From Bacteroidota bacterium (GTDB taxonomy: Bacteria > Bacteroidota > Ignavibacteria > UBA10030 > SZUA-254): a stretch of 64,000 bases of DNA. The stretch is taken from positions 64,918 to 128,917 of the forward strand of contig DATKPE010000029.1 of the NCBI GenBank assembly GCA_035524335.1. The letters run 5' to 3'. Made by a program: the position numbers and the translations under genes. This document shows positions 1-9,917 of this stretch, piece after piece. How positions within the stretch are numbered: position 1 is the stretch's first letter; each line of letters begins with the position of its first letter. The notes below the pieces were generated by a model. The model did no database searches and was not told where the DNA came from. It saw only the letters and a program-made list of their open reading frames with translations.

Positions 1-22
1 TCTTCAACGGTGGGGGAAAAAA

Positions 23-1483
23 TCAGTCGTCCCTGCCGGTTTTGGGGACAGGTCCGAGGACTTCGTCGACCGAAAGGATATGGATGGGCGCCAGATGGAG
101 GGAATCGAGTCCGGATTCTATCAGCGACCGGTCACCCACAATGACGATCGTGAGGGAATCGGGGACGACGCAGCGCATCGCCGCCGCCCTGACATTTTCC
201 CCGCCGACCGAACGGATGCGGTCCGCGTACAAATTAAAGTAATCGTCCGGCAGGCCGTACGTCACCAGTTCGGAGAGGCGCGATGTAATGCCGTCGACCG
301 ACTGGAAATTCTGCGGATAGCGGAGGGTGAGATAATTCTCCGCCCGCGAAAGTTCATCGGGCGTCACCGGATCCCGGATCGCCCGCAGTTCGAGAAGAAG
401 GGCGGCGAGTGCCGGCGCAGTGACCGCGGTCTGAACGGCGGTCCTGACGACAAAGGGACCCGGAGAGAGCCGCGCTTCGAACGATGAGGACGCCCCGTAG
501 GTATATCCGTGCGTTTCCCGGAGGTCCTGATTGAGCCGGGAGGTGAATGACCCGCCAAGGATATCGTTCATGACCTGGACGGCAAAATAGTCCGGCGACT
601 TCCGTTCGATCCCGATGGAGCCGGCCATGATCTCGGACTGTGCCGCACCCGGTTTATCGACAAGATAAATTGCGGTCGGCCGCCGATGCGGAGCCGGATA
701 TGGAACGCGCGGCGCGACTTTCCCCGGCGCCCAGCCCGAAAACAGCCGTTCCAGCTTCGGCAGTATGTCGTCCATCCTGATATCGCCCACGACAAGAATT
801 GTCGCATTGCCGGGCTGAAACCAAGAATCGTGAAAACTGCGGAGATCTGCGGTGGTGATGGCGCGTATGCTCGATTCCATTCCGGTGGTCGGCCGTCCGT
901 ACGGATGATCCGGACCGAAAACCGTGACGTGAAACAGCACGGATGCGATCGCGGAGGGGTCGTCGTGCCACTGCGCGATGGAAGTCAGCAGTTCGGTCCG
1001 CTTCCTGCCGAGTTCCTCCTCCGGGAACCGGGGGGAAAGGACCATGTCGCGGAGCAGGACGAGACCCGAATCGAGATGGGCGGAGACGGTATGGAGGGAT
1101 GCGCCGCTCGTATGCCATCCTGCGTAGGCGGTGAGCGTCGCACCGAGGAAATCGACCGCATCAGCGAACGCGAGCGCATCCCGCCCGCCTGCGCCTTCCT
1201 GCATCATCGTCGCGGTAAGGCTGGCAACCCCCGCCTTGCCCGGCGGGTCCTCAGCGACTCCCCCTTTGACGGCAACCTCGATCTGCACGAGCGGAAGATT
1301 GTGTTTTTCGAGGAGGACCACAGGGATGCCGCCGGAGAGGGTCGCATGCTGAACCGCCGGCAGATGCAGTTCGGGCAATGGACCCGGAGGAGGGGGAGCG
1401 CTTCTGTCGGGCTTCTGGCCGGGAGCGGATCCACACACTACCAGAATGCCGGCGGCGGCGATCAGCAGTCTCCAGGAAATCAT
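23..1483 (-). CDS. M16 (insulinase) family zinc peptidase, non-catalytic partner subunit (no HxxEH), secreted
   Basis: ORF 23..1516 has the insulinase fold but lacks an HxxEH zinc motif. Start moved to ATG at 1483 (MISWRLLIAAAGILVVCGS..., signal-peptide-like), directly abutting the stop of the upstream M16 gene at 1485. Confidence 0.65.
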   Translation of the reverse strand: MISWRLLIAAAGILVVCGSAPGQKPDRSAPPPPGPLPELHLPAVQHATLSGGIPVVLLEKHNLPLVQIEVAVKGGVAEDPPGKAGVASLTATMMQEGAGGRDALAFADAVDFLGATLTAYAGWHTSGASLHTVSAHLDSGLVLLRDMVLSPRFPEEELGRKRTELLTSIAQWHDDPSAIASVLFHVTVFGPDHPYGRPTTGMESSIRAITTADLRSFHDSWFQPGNATILVVGDIRMDDILPKLERLFSGWAPGKVAPRVPYPAPHRRPTAIYLVDKPGAAQSEIMAGSIGIERKSPDYFAVQVMNDILGGSFTSRLNQDLRETHGYTYGASSSFEARLSPGPFVVRTAVQTAVTAPALAALLLELRAIRDPVTPDELSRAENYLTLRYPQNFQSVDGITSRLSELVTYGLPDDYFNLYADRIRSVGGENVRAAAMRCVVPDSLTIVIVGDRSLIESGLDSLHLAPIHILSVDEVLGPVPKTGRDD

Positions 1484-1484
1484 C

Positions 1485-2864
1485 CTACTTCCCCCCTTCC
1501 GGTGGTTCCGCGGCAAGGTCCTTCCGGCCGGCGGGAACGACGCTCAGCACGACCCGAACCGCCGGGTCGAGATATTTTTTTGCCGCCGCAGAAATACCGT
1601 CAGGGTCGAGCTTTCCGTATCGGCCGAGATCCTCCGCGAAATAATCCGGATTGCCGGTTGCGGTGAAGTACGCGTTGAGCTGATCCGCACGATCATACAT
1701 CCGTTCCATCCGGTCGACGAACGATGCCTGGATGGTATTCACCGCCCGAGCGATCTCGCGCCGGTCGGGTAAAATCCCCGACAAATTCCCGAGTTCGGCG
1801 TCGATGATCCGTTCCAGTTCTCCGAGGGTGTGCCCCTCGCGTGCCGTCGCGACGATGTAAAATTTCGAAGAGAGCTCATTTTCCTCCTGAAACGCGGTGA
1901 CGTCCTGGGCGATGCGGAGGTCGTACACGAGGCGCCGGTACAGACGTGAGTTTTTCCCTCCGGCGAGAATGAGCGACAGGACATTGAGCTCGGCGTTTCC
2001 GGGAGCAAACTGGGCCGGGGTGGCCCATGCCATATACAGCCGCGGGAGCTGTACGCGGTCTTCGGCGACAAGGCGGCGTTCAGAGGTCAGACGCGGAAGT
2101 GGAGCATTCAACGGCTGTACGGGAGGGCCGGCCGGGACGTCGGAAAACCAGCGGGTGACCGCCTTCCGGGCTTCCTCCGGATTGATATCGCCTGCTATGA
2201 CGAGGCTGGCATTCGACGGGATGTAGTATCGCCGGAAAAATCCGACGACGTCGTCGTACGTCGCGGCGGTCAGGTCGTCCATCGATCCGATCACCGGAGA
2301 ATGGTAGGGATGCCCGGGGGGGAACAGGTTTTCGTCCAGCAGAAGCCACGCTTCGCCGTACGGCTGATTTTCGTACGTTTCCCTCCTCTCGTTTTTCACC
2401 ACATCGCGCTGTATATCCACTTTCGCCGGGGTCATGGAATCGACCAGGAACGCCATCCGGTCCGATTCGAGGAACAGGGTGAGGTCGAGCGCATTCGAAG
2501 GCGCTGATTCAAAATAATTGGTTCGATCCACCGACGTGGAAGCATTGTTGTCCCCGCCCGCGGCTTCGAGCCATTCATCAAATCTGCCCAGGGGAACATG
2601 GCCGGAACCTTCAAACATCAGATGTTCGAACAGATGCGCCAGGCCGGTGCGTCCCGCACGTTCCCGGGCCGATCCGACATGGTACCAGAGGTTGACGCCG
2701 ATAACCGGGACGGTGTGATCCTCGTGCAGTATGACGTGCAGGCCGTTGGGCAGGTCGAACATGCGGCACGGCATGGAAAGCTGGGCTCTGAGGGAGAGCG
2801 GCGAAGCGGCAAGAACGGCCGCCACCGTAAGAAGGCGGAGAAACCGACAGGCGCGCCGTTTCAT
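1485..2864 (-). CDS. M16 family zinc peptidase, catalytic subunit (HLFEH motif), secreted
   Basis: 459-aa ORF with N-terminal signal peptide (MKRRACRFLRLLTVAAVLAASPLSLRAQ) and inverted zinc motif GLAHLFEHLMFEGS (HxxEH). Paired in tandem with the non-catalytic M16 downstream. Confidence 0.8.
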   Translation of the reverse strand: MKRRACRFLRLLTVAAVLAASPLSLRAQLSMPCRMFDLPNGLHVILHEDHTVPVIGVNLWYHVGSARERAGRTGLAHLFEHLMFEGSGHVPLGRFDEWLEAAGGDNNASTSVDRTNYFESAPSNALDLTLFLESDRMAFLVDSMTPAKVDIQRDVVKNERRETYENQPYGEAWLLLDENLFPPGHPYHSPVIGSMDDLTAATYDDVVGFFRRYYIPSNASLVIAGDINPEEARKAVTRWFSDVPAGPPVQPLNAPLPRLTSERRLVAEDRVQLPRLYMAWATPAQFAPGNAELNVLSLILAGGKNSRLYRRLVYDLRIAQDVTAFQEENELSSKFYIVATAREGHTLGELERIIDAELGNLSGILPDRREIARAVNTIQASFVDRMERMYDRADQLNAYFTATGNPDYFAEDLGRYGKLDPDGISAAAKKYLDPAVRVVLSVVPAGRKDLAAEPPEGGK

Positions 2865-2912
2865 ATGCCCGCGGTGCCTGTCAGTCCCGGAAAAGATCGT
2901 GGGGAAAATGCA

Positions 2913-3419
2913 TCAGCGGTTTTTTCTCAGATACTCCAGCCGCGGTGCAAGGGTCTGTGCGGAGGTGAGCAGTTTCTCCTTACCGAACACCGCATCCTCC
3001 TGATGGGTGAAGGTGAGCTCGTACTCGTTGCTCATGACGATCGCTTCTTCGGGGCAGACCTCCTCGCAGAATCCGCAGAAGATGCACCGAAGCATGTTGA
3101 TCTCGAACTTGACCGGATAGCGTTCCTTCCAGAGTTCCGTTTCGGATCCCTGGACTTCGATGGCGAGAGCCGGGCAGACCCGGGCGCAGAGTCCGCAGGC
3201 CACACAGCGCTCGACGCCCTTTTCCTCCACAAGAACCGGGCGGCCGCGGAACGAGGCGGGCGGATCCCACCGTTCCTCGGGGTACTGCCGGGTGAACTTC
3301 GGCCGGAACACCTGCGAGAGAGTCAGAAAAAGGCCGTGCACGATCTGGGGGATGTAGATTTTATCCCAGATCGAAAGATCCTTTGCGTGAATGATCGGCA
3401 GATGATGTTCGGAACTCAT
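2913..3419 (-). CDS. nuoI: NADH-quinone oxidoreductase subunit I (2x[4Fe-4S] ferredoxin)
   Basis: Two CxxCxxCxxxCP motifs (CVACGLCARVCP, CIFCGFCEEVCP). Start set to internal ATG at 3419 (MSSEHHLPII...) rather than 3497, which would overlap nuoH. Confidence 0.85.
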   Translation of the reverse strand: MSSEHHLPIIHAKDLSIWDKIYIPQIVHGLFLTLSQVFRPKFTRQYPEERWDPPASFRGRPVLVEEKGVERCVACGLCARVCPALAIEVQGSETELWKERYPVKFEINMLRCIFCGFCEEVCPEEAIVMSNEYELTFTHQEDAVFGKEKLLTSAQTLAPRLEYLRKNR

Positions 3420-3459
3420 AAGGCCCTTTCTGACCGGATGATATGGAACGATGCAATCC

Positions 3460-4473
3460 TCATGATGCAAGAAGAACGATGCCGGTGAGAAACACATTCA
3501 GCAGGGAAACCGGGAGCATCACCTTCCACCCCAGGTTCATCAGCTGATCGTACCGGAATCTCGGTATCGTCCAGCGGATGACGATGAAGAAGAGAATCAA
3601 CAGTGCGACCTTCAGACAGAATGCCCCGACCTGCAGAAGGGAAACGACGATCGGGGAAAAGCCGAAGGCGTGCACGAACGGCAGCTGCCAGCCGCCGAGG
3701 TACAGCGTCGTGATGATCGCGCTCGAGGTCACCATGTTCGCATATTCGGCAAGAAAAAAGAGCCCGAATTTCAGCCCGCTGTATTCGGTGTGATATCCTC
3801 CCACCAGCTCCGGTTCCGCCTCCGGAAGATCGAATGGGAGACGGTTGGTCTCCGCAAACGCCGCGACCACGAACGTGACGAATCCCAGCGGCTGGAGAAC
3901 AATGTTCCACCGCCATCCCTCCTGCGCCGCGACGATCCTGTCAAGCTGAAGACTGCCCGCAATCATGACCACCCCGATGACCGACAGGCCCATCGCAAGT
4001 TCATAGCTGATCATCTGGGCGGAGGAACGCATACCGCCGAGGAGCGAATATTTGTTGTTGGACGACCATCCGCTGAGCGTGATGCCGTACACCCCGACCG
4101 AGGTCAGCGCAAGGATGAACAGAATCCCGATGTTCACATCGGCGATCTGGAGTTTGATGTCGCGGCCGAAGAGGGCGATGTGATCGCCAAACGGCACGAC
4201 GGCAAAGGTCGTCATCGCGATGACGATCGAGATGATCGGCGCGAGATCGTGCACAAACCGGTCCGCCGGATTCGGCACGATGTCCTCCTTCATCACAAGC
4301 TTGACGACGTCGGCGAGCGGCTGGAGAAGACCCTGCCAGCCGACCCGGTTCGGGCCTATCCTGTTCTGGATCGCCGCGGCAACCCGGCGCTCGACGAGCA
4401 CGACATACGCCACGACGCCGAGCAGGACGCCCAGCACCAGAACCACCTTTCCGCAGGAGATGATCGTTTCCAT
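3460..4473 (-). CDS. nuoH: NADH-quinone oxidoreductase subunit H
   Basis: Polytopic membrane protein with strong NuoH/ND1 similarity (GWQLPF..., LAEYANM...). ORF-track start at 4695 is an upstream extension; ATG at 4473 (METIISCGKVVLVLG...) overlaps the nuoG stop in TAATG fashion. Confidence 0.85.
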   Translation of the reverse strand: METIISCGKVVLVLGVLLGVVAYVVLVERRVAAAIQNRIGPNRVGWQGLLQPLADVVKLVMKEDIVPNPADRFVHDLAPIISIVIAMTTFAVVPFGDHIALFGRDIKLQIADVNIGILFILALTSVGVYGITLSGWSSNNKYSLLGGMRSSAQMISYELAMGLSVIGVVMIAGSLQLDRIVAAQEGWRWNIVLQPLGFVTFVVAAFAETNRLPFDLPEAEPELVGGYHTEYSGLKFGLFFLAEYANMVTSSAIITTLYLGGWQLPFVHAFGFSPIVVSLLQVGAFCLKVALLILFFIVIRWTIPRFRYDQLMNLGWKVMLPVSLLNVFLTGIVLLAS

Positions 4474-6161
4474 TATCGTTTCAGACTGCTGACTGTGACT
4501 GTCGGTTTTTTCACGGCTGTTCCCTTCGAACCGATCCTGAGGTAGGACATCCCCCTGAAGAATTCCCTGGTCGAGGCGATTTCGGTGAAAACTTCCTCCG
4601 CTGTTGCGTAGCGCCATTTCGCGCCGAGCGCGTTCGCGACTCCGAGACAGATCCGCCACGTCGGGCGCGCATCCCGCCGCGGTCCCTTCATCCACCGGTC
4701 GTTCGGAGCGCCGAACCTGTCGAGCCGGCTCATCGAGAAGCCGTCCATCGACCGCTCCTGCTCGAGGGTTGCCACGGCCGGCCTGATCCGTTGGACATGG
4801 CCGTCGCAGTTGACCATCGTGCCGTTCTTCTCCGCATAGGTCGCGGAGGCCAGCACGACATCGGCAAGCGCCGTGAGGGCGTTATGATTGCCGGCGTGCA
4901 CAACGAGAAAATCGACTTTTGCCAGCGCTTCCAGAACCGCGGGATCGGTCGCGAGCATCTCATCGATGACGTAAACCGCCTTGATCGTGCCTTCGCGGAT
5001 CCCGTTCAGAATACCATCAAAACTGCCGGTCGGATCGTCCGGTACCGCGCCGACCTCCACAACGCCCGCGCTGTTGGGCGTCTTGTCCGCGTGGACCAGA
5101 AGTGCATCGGCACTGCCGGGATCGGTGTAGCGTCGGAAATCGACTTTCCGGGTCCCGAGATGAGAGAGCAGTCTGCCGAACAGGTAATTATCCTCGTTCG
5201 TCGCAAAGGGGGATGCTATTCCCGCAATTTCGTATTTCTTGTACCCTTTCAGACCGACGGCAACGGCCGAGAGCGCTTCGTCCCAGCCGACCTCCACCAG
5301 CTCCCGTTCTCGCCGGATCATCGGGCTCTTCACCCGTGAGGCATCGTTGACGGAGGGAAAGGTGTTCAGCCTGCCGTGATCGCACATCCAGTAGTCGTTC
5401 ACCGACGGGTTGTGCCGGGGTGTGAGACGGAGGATCTCGTTGTTCCTCACCCACATCTTGATGTTGCATCCCCGGGCACAACCGACACAGAGCGTGTCGG
5501 TGGAGGACATCTCCCAGACGCGCGATCTGAACCGGAAATCCCTGCTCGTCAGAGCGCCGACCGGACAGATATCGATCGTGTTCATCGAATACGGATTATC
5601 CAGCTCGGTCCCGGGAAAGGTGGTGAGTTCGACATGATCGCCCCGCTTGGTGAAGACGAGCTGGGGCTTTTTTGCAATCTCGTCGCAGAACCGGATGCAC
5701 CTGGAGCACATGATGCAGCGTTCCGTATCCAGCATAACGCGCGGGCCGAGCGGCACCCGCTTGGGTTTCCGGTTTTTTGCGAAATCGAACCGGCTCACCC
5801 CTTCGCTGTAAGTGTAGGCGTAATCCTGCAGTTTGCACTCTCCCGCCTCGTCGCAGATCGGGCAGTCAAGAGGATGGTTGATCAGGAGAAATTCCATGAC
5901 GGCCTGGCGGGCGTTGATCACCTTCGGTGAATCGGTGTGCACGATCATCCCGTCGCCGACCTGGGTCGAGCAGGCGATCGCGAGCTTGGGCATCTTCTCC
6001 ACTTCCACGAGGCAGATGCGGCAGTTGCCCGCGACGGAAAGCTTCGGATGCCAGCAGAAATGCGGTATCTGCATCCCGTTTTCCAGCGCGGCCTGAATGA
6101 TCGTCTTTCCGGTTTCGGCTTCGATCTGTTTTCCGTCTATCGTTATCTTTGGCATTGACAC
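4473..6161 (-). CDS. nuoG: NADH-quinone oxidoreductase subunit G (short 562-aa form)
   Basis: N-terminal 2Fe-2S ferredoxin domain (MPKITIDGKQIEAETGKTIIQAAL...CWHPKLSVAGNCRICLVEV) followed by [4Fe-4S] cysteine clusters and a molybdopterin-like domain typical of NuoG. Confidence 0.8.
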   Translation of the reverse strand: MSMPKITIDGKQIEAETGKTIIQAALENGMQIPHFCWHPKLSVAGNCRICLVEVEKMPKLAIACSTQVGDGMIVHTDSPKVINARQAVMEFLLINHPLDCPICDEAGECKLQDYAYTYSEGVSRFDFAKNRKPKRVPLGPRVMLDTERCIMCSRCIRFCDEIAKKPQLVFTKRGDHVELTTFPGTELDNPYSMNTIDICPVGALTSRDFRFRSRVWEMSSTDTLCVGCARGCNIKMWVRNNEILRLTPRHNPSVNDYWMCDHGRLNTFPSVNDASRVKSPMIRRERELVEVGWDEALSAVAVGLKGYKKYEIAGIASPFATNEDNYLFGRLLSHLGTRKVDFRRYTDPGSADALLVHADKTPNSAGVVEVGAVPDDPTGSFDGILNGIREGTIKAVYVIDEMLATDPAVLEALAKVDFLVVHAGNHNALTALADVVLASATYAEKNGTMVNCDGHVQRIRPAVATLEQERSMDGFSMSRLDRFGAPNDRWMKGPRRDARPTWRICLGVANALGAKWRYATAEEVFTEIASTREFFRGMSYLRIGSKGTAVKKPTVTVSSLKR

Positions 6162-6231
6162 TCTGTCCGTCTGATGTTCACCTGGTTCATGTCCTGCGGG
6201 ATGACAGCTGTTCCGCGGTCCTCAATGTGCG

Positions 6232-7680
6232 TCATGCATGAGAGAGTTCATGCGGATGCACGATCCGCTGGCAGTAATTTTTATGAAATTCGCCTATGTG
6301 CCGGGCAAATTCTTCCAATTCCTCCTGGGGGGGGAGAAAAGTTGTCCGGAAATGGAGCGTCCCGGGCATCTGCCCGAATCCGGAGCCGGGGACCACACAA
6401 ATGCCGGTCTCCTCGAGGAGAGCCATACAGTAATCGAAATCCCGCCTGCTCTCATACTTCAGCCGCTCCGCCGGACTCATCCGGGCGGGATCGATCCCCT
6501 TTTCAGGAGGAAGTTCCAGCTTCACGAACGCATACATGGCCCCCTGCGGGATTTCCACCGAGAGCCCTTCAATCCGGTTGCACGCATTCGCGAGCAGTTC
6601 TGACTTCCGTTTCAGGGCCGAGAGAATGCCCTCCCGCTCCTTCTGATACACTTCGTAGCTCTCATCGCCGGGCTGGGGAGGCGCAACCATCATGTAGGTC
6701 GCGATCTGGCCGGGCAGATTCGCGCAGAGACTGATGGACTGCAGTTTGATCATTTCATCCAGCACCGCCGGCGGGATATTGCGCATTTCGAGATACCCCC
6801 CGCGGTGGCCGCACTCGCCGAGGAAACCTTTGGAGACCGAGTGGAAACTGAAGAGCGTCACATCCTCCGCCTTCATCTCATGCATGATGCGGGCGAACGA
6901 TCTGAACCGGAGTCCGGGCCGGTAGACGTTCTCCTGATAGACCTCATCGGCCAGGATCACCAGGGAATGCCTGCGGGCGAATTCGACGATCATCCTGATG
7001 TTGTCGGCGCTCAGTACCGCGCCGGTCGGGTTGCCCGGATTGATCACCGCAATCGCCACCGGGTGTATCCCGTCGCGCCGCGCCTGCTCGATGCTCTCCG
7101 TCAGAATCGATTCGCTCAGCTGCCAGCCGTTTCCCTCGTCGAGATAATAGCCGATCTGCCGGCCGCCGTAAAGCGCAATGGTCGCACTGTAGAGAGGATA
7201 TTGGGGAATGGGAATCATGATGCCGTCGTTCGGATTCCGCAGAAGGGCCAGGAGCGACGCCTGGACGCCTTTGCTCGCCCCGTCGGTCAGGATGATTGAC
7301 TCCCGTCGTGCGGGGATCCCGTCGCGGCGGGCGATGAAATCCGCCACCGCCTGACGGATAAATGGAACCCCCGCGCTCTGTGAATATGCTCCGGTTCCGT
7401 GCGGATTTTTCTTCTGAATCATCCTGACCCGCTCGACGATATCGCCGGGGTAACCGCGCAGAGCCGCGGGGTTCTCCAGGAGAGCGGGATATTCAAGAAG
7501 GCTCATCACCTGGCGGAGGTAGCTGAGCGGCTGTTGTTTGAGCGCCTGCGGATTGCCGATGTTGCAGTAGATGATCTTACAGCCCTGCTCCTCCAACTGC
7601 TGTGCGCGGATCACGATCGGTCCGCGAACCGCATATTCGGCTTTGAGGAGGTTTTTATTGAGGGCATCTGTCGTAATCAT
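6232..7680 (-). CDS. PLP-dependent class I/II aminotransferase, alanine aminotransferase-like
   Basis: 482 aa; PLP-lysine motif SVSKGFLGECGHRGGY and overall eukaryotic-type ALT/AlaA-like architecture. Confidence 0.7.
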   Translation of the reverse strand: MITTDALNKNLLKAEYAVRGPIVIRAQQLEEQGCKIIYCNIGNPQALKQQPLSYLRQVMSLLEYPALLENPAALRGYPGDIVERVRMIQKKNPHGTGAYSQSAGVPFIRQAVADFIARRDGIPARRESIILTDGASKGVQASLLALLRNPNDGIMIPIPQYPLYSATIALYGGRQIGYYLDEGNGWQLSESILTESIEQARRDGIHPVAIAVINPGNPTGAVLSADNIRMIVEFARRHSLVILADEVYQENVYRPGLRFRSFARIMHEMKAEDVTLFSFHSVSKGFLGECGHRGGYLEMRNIPPAVLDEMIKLQSISLCANLPGQIATYMMVAPPQPGDESYEVYQKEREGILSALKRKSELLANACNRIEGLSVEIPQGAMYAFVKLELPPEKGIDPARMSPAERLKYESRRDFDYCMALLEETGICVVPGSGFGQMPGTLHFRTTFLPPQEELEEFARHIGEFHKNYCQRIVHPHELSHA

Positions 7681-7709
7681 GGTGGTATGCCTTAGGGAAC
7701 CGTTTCCGA

Positions 7710-9041
7710 TCAGGCCGCCGTTGCTGCGGCAGCCGTCTGCGCACCGCTTTTCGGCCGGATGATCACCGTCGAAAACTGGTCCGGCCGGAACAGTTTCCTC
7801 GACACGTCGGCGACGTCGTCGATGGTCACCGCCTCGATGTGCGTGAGAACCTCATCGAGCGAGAGATACTCGCCGAAGTAAATCTCGCCGCTCCCGAGGC
7901 GCATCATACGGTTCGACATGCTTTCGAGTCCCAGCATCATGCTCCCCTTCAGCTGTGCCTTGGTTCTCCTGAGTTCGGAAGGAGTCACCGGTTTTGAGGC
8001 CAGCTTTCCAAGCTCGGTCTCGATCAGACGGAGCGACCGGTCGATGTGGCGGACATCGGTCCCGATGTAGATGCCGAAACAGCCGGTATCGCTCAGGAGA
8101 TTTGCAAACGAGTAGACGTTGTAGGCGAACCCGTACTTTTCCCGGATGTTCTGGAACAGACGCGAGCTCATGCCCTCCCCGAGAAGGGAGTTGAGCACCA
8201 GGTACGGATACCGGGCGCGGCTCTTCACATGATACCCGATCGTCCCGGTGCAGAGATGCGCCTGTGCGATCGGCTTTTCGAAGATTTCCTTCCGCGGCTT
8301 CAGCGTGCGCGGGCCCGCCGTGCGTCGTCCGCCGCCGGAGGCCGGTTTCATCGAACCGAAATAGCGTTCCGCGAGCTCCGTCACCTCTTCGTGCCTCAGA
8401 TTTCCGGCCGCCGCAACGATCATCCGGTCGGGAGTGTAATGACCGGCGACGTACTTCCGCAGATCCGACCGCCGGAATCCGCCGATGGTCTCTGCGCGTC
8501 CGATAATCGGATAGCCGAGCGGATGATTCCGGTAAATATTCTTGTCGAAATAATCGTGGATCAGATCGTCGGGGTCGTCCTCGATGTTCTTCAGTTCCTC
8601 GAGGATGACCCCTTTCTCCTTTTCCAGCTCCTTCTGCGGGAAGAGCGGATACCGGACCAGGTCCGAGAGGACGTCGAGTGCCTCTTCGAGGTAATCATCC
8701 AGAATTCTTGCGTAATAGCAGGTGTGTTCCTTGGTCGTGAAGGCATTCAGATATCCCCCCACCTGCTCGATGCTCTGTGCGATCCGGCGGATCGAATAGT
8801 GTTCGGTCCCTTTGAACACCATATGCTCCAGAAAATGCGAGATGCCGTTCTGACCGGATGATTCATCCCGCGATCCAACATTGATCCAGACGCCGACCGA
8901 GATCGACCGGACATACGGTATCTGCTCGGTCACCACACGGAGTCCGTTGGAAAGCTGCGTTTTCCGGTAGTGCGTCTGAAGAAACTGCCGCCCGTGCGGA
9001 ATTTCACGCGGAAGGGATGTTCGCATACTGCTCAGGAGCAT
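7710..9041 (-). CDS. M16 family zinc peptidase (HFLEH motif), no signal peptide
   Basis: 443 aa; ISHFLEHMVFKGTEH (HxxEH...E) insulinase active-site signature. No N-terminal hydrophobic leader. Confidence 0.75.
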   Translation of the reverse strand: MLLSSMRTSLPREIPHGRQFLQTHYRKTQLSNGLRVVTEQIPYVRSISVGVWINVGSRDESSGQNGISHFLEHMVFKGTEHYSIRRIAQSIEQVGGYLNAFTTKEHTCYYARILDDYLEEALDVLSDLVRYPLFPQKELEKEKGVILEELKNIEDDPDDLIHDYFDKNIYRNHPLGYPIIGRAETIGGFRRSDLRKYVAGHYTPDRMIVAAAGNLRHEEVTELAERYFGSMKPASGGGRRTAGPRTLKPRKEIFEKPIAQAHLCTGTIGYHVKSRARYPYLVLNSLLGEGMSSRLFQNIREKYGFAYNVYSFANLLSDTGCFGIYIGTDVRHIDRSLRLIETELGKLASKPVTPSELRRTKAQLKGSMMLGLESMSNRMMRLGSGEIYFGEYLSLDEVLTHIEAVTIDDVADVSRKLFRPDQFSTVIIRPKSGAQTAAAATAA

Positions 9042-9085
9042 TTCTGGTTAATTATTCAAAAATATAGCTATTATCGGAGCCAGAA

Positions 9086-9745
9086 TCAACTTGACGGGGT
9101 GGTGGAGCGGAGTGTGGAACCGCCCGATCCGATCAGCTGGCGCAGTTTCGTCACCACCATATCGATCGCCACAAGGTTCTCCCCTCCCTTCGGGATGATG
9201 ACGTCCGCCCATCGCTTGCTCGGCTCGACAAACTCGAGGTGCATCGGTTTCACCGTCGTCGTGTACTGTGCCATGACCGACTCGATGGATCTCTCCCGCT
9301 CCAGGACATCGCGGCGGATGCGGCGGAGCAGACGTTCGTCGGCGTCGGTATCGACGAAAATCTTGATGTCCATCAGCTCGCGCAGTTCCTTTTCGACGAA
9401 GATGAGGATGCCTTCCACAATGACAACGCTCTTGGGGTGAATGGTGACCGCCTCCGGCAGACGCCGGTAGGTCGCATAATCGTAGACTGGCTGTCGGATG
9501 GAGTTCCCCGCCTTCAGGAGACGAAGGTGTTCGATGAGAAGGCCGGTTTCGAGGGCATCGGGATGATCAAAATTGATCCGGTCGGGCGTGACCCCGCGGA
9601 AGGAATCCAGATCCCGGTAGTAATAATCATGCCGGAGAACGATCACCGAGCGATCATCGAAATGCTCGAGAATCCTGTGGGTAACCGTCGTTTTTCCCGA
9701 TCCGGTCCCCCCCGCAATGCCGATGATGAGAACCGACTGTTTCAT
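9086..9745 (-). CDS. udk: uridine kinase
   Basis: P-loop IGIAGGTGSGKTT and Udk-family similarity along the length. Start set at ATG 9745 (MKQSVLIIG...). Confidence 0.8.
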   Translation of the reverse strand: MKQSVLIIGIAGGTGSGKTTVTHRILEHFDDRSVIVLRHDYYYRDLDSFRGVTPDRINFDHPDALETGLLIEHLRLLKAGNSIRQPVYDYATYRRLPEAVTIHPKSVVIVEGILIFVEKELRELMDIKIFVDTDADERLLRRIRRDVLERERSIESVMAQYTTTVKPMHLEFVEPSKRWADVIIPKGGENLVAIDMVVTKLRQLIGSGGSTLRSTTPSS

Positions 9746-9917
9746 AAGGTACGGGAAATATAGCTGAATAGGCCGGGAGAAGCAAACCACAGAGGCACAA
9801 AACGTTGATTTTCATCCCGTTTTTATTTAAGTTATCCACGATTCTCATCGCCTAATCAACTATCCCGGACCGGCATCAGACCGGCCGAATGTCTCGTTCT
9901 TCTGGAGGAGTCACGCT

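Noticed and set aside
686-1666. Numerous long antisense or out-of-frame ORFs (e.g. 686..1666+, 2598..3488+, 3670..4545+, 8046..8861+, 17295..18557+, 24255..25508+, 29943..30971+, 31206..32162+, 38231..39256+, 46862..48076+, 48864..51659+, 51993..54281+, 51646..53133-, 56489..58030+, 62627..63535+)
   Set aside because: All lie opposite or overlapping genes with strong family signatures. Their products are Arg/Pro/Gly-rich low-complexity strings typical of spurious ORFs in high-GC DNA, and no conserved motifs are present.
4473-4695. ORF-track N-terminal extensions of nuoH (to 4695), nuoI (to 3497), the CAAX protease (to 26165), thiolase (15276), hbd (10547), Hbd-like (12957), udk (9790) and the Omp85 gene (21302)
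   Set aside because: The extensions overlap the upstream gene, lack family similarity and are Arg-rich. Internal ATGs coincide with stop-start (ATGA/TAATG) junctions or canonical N-termini.
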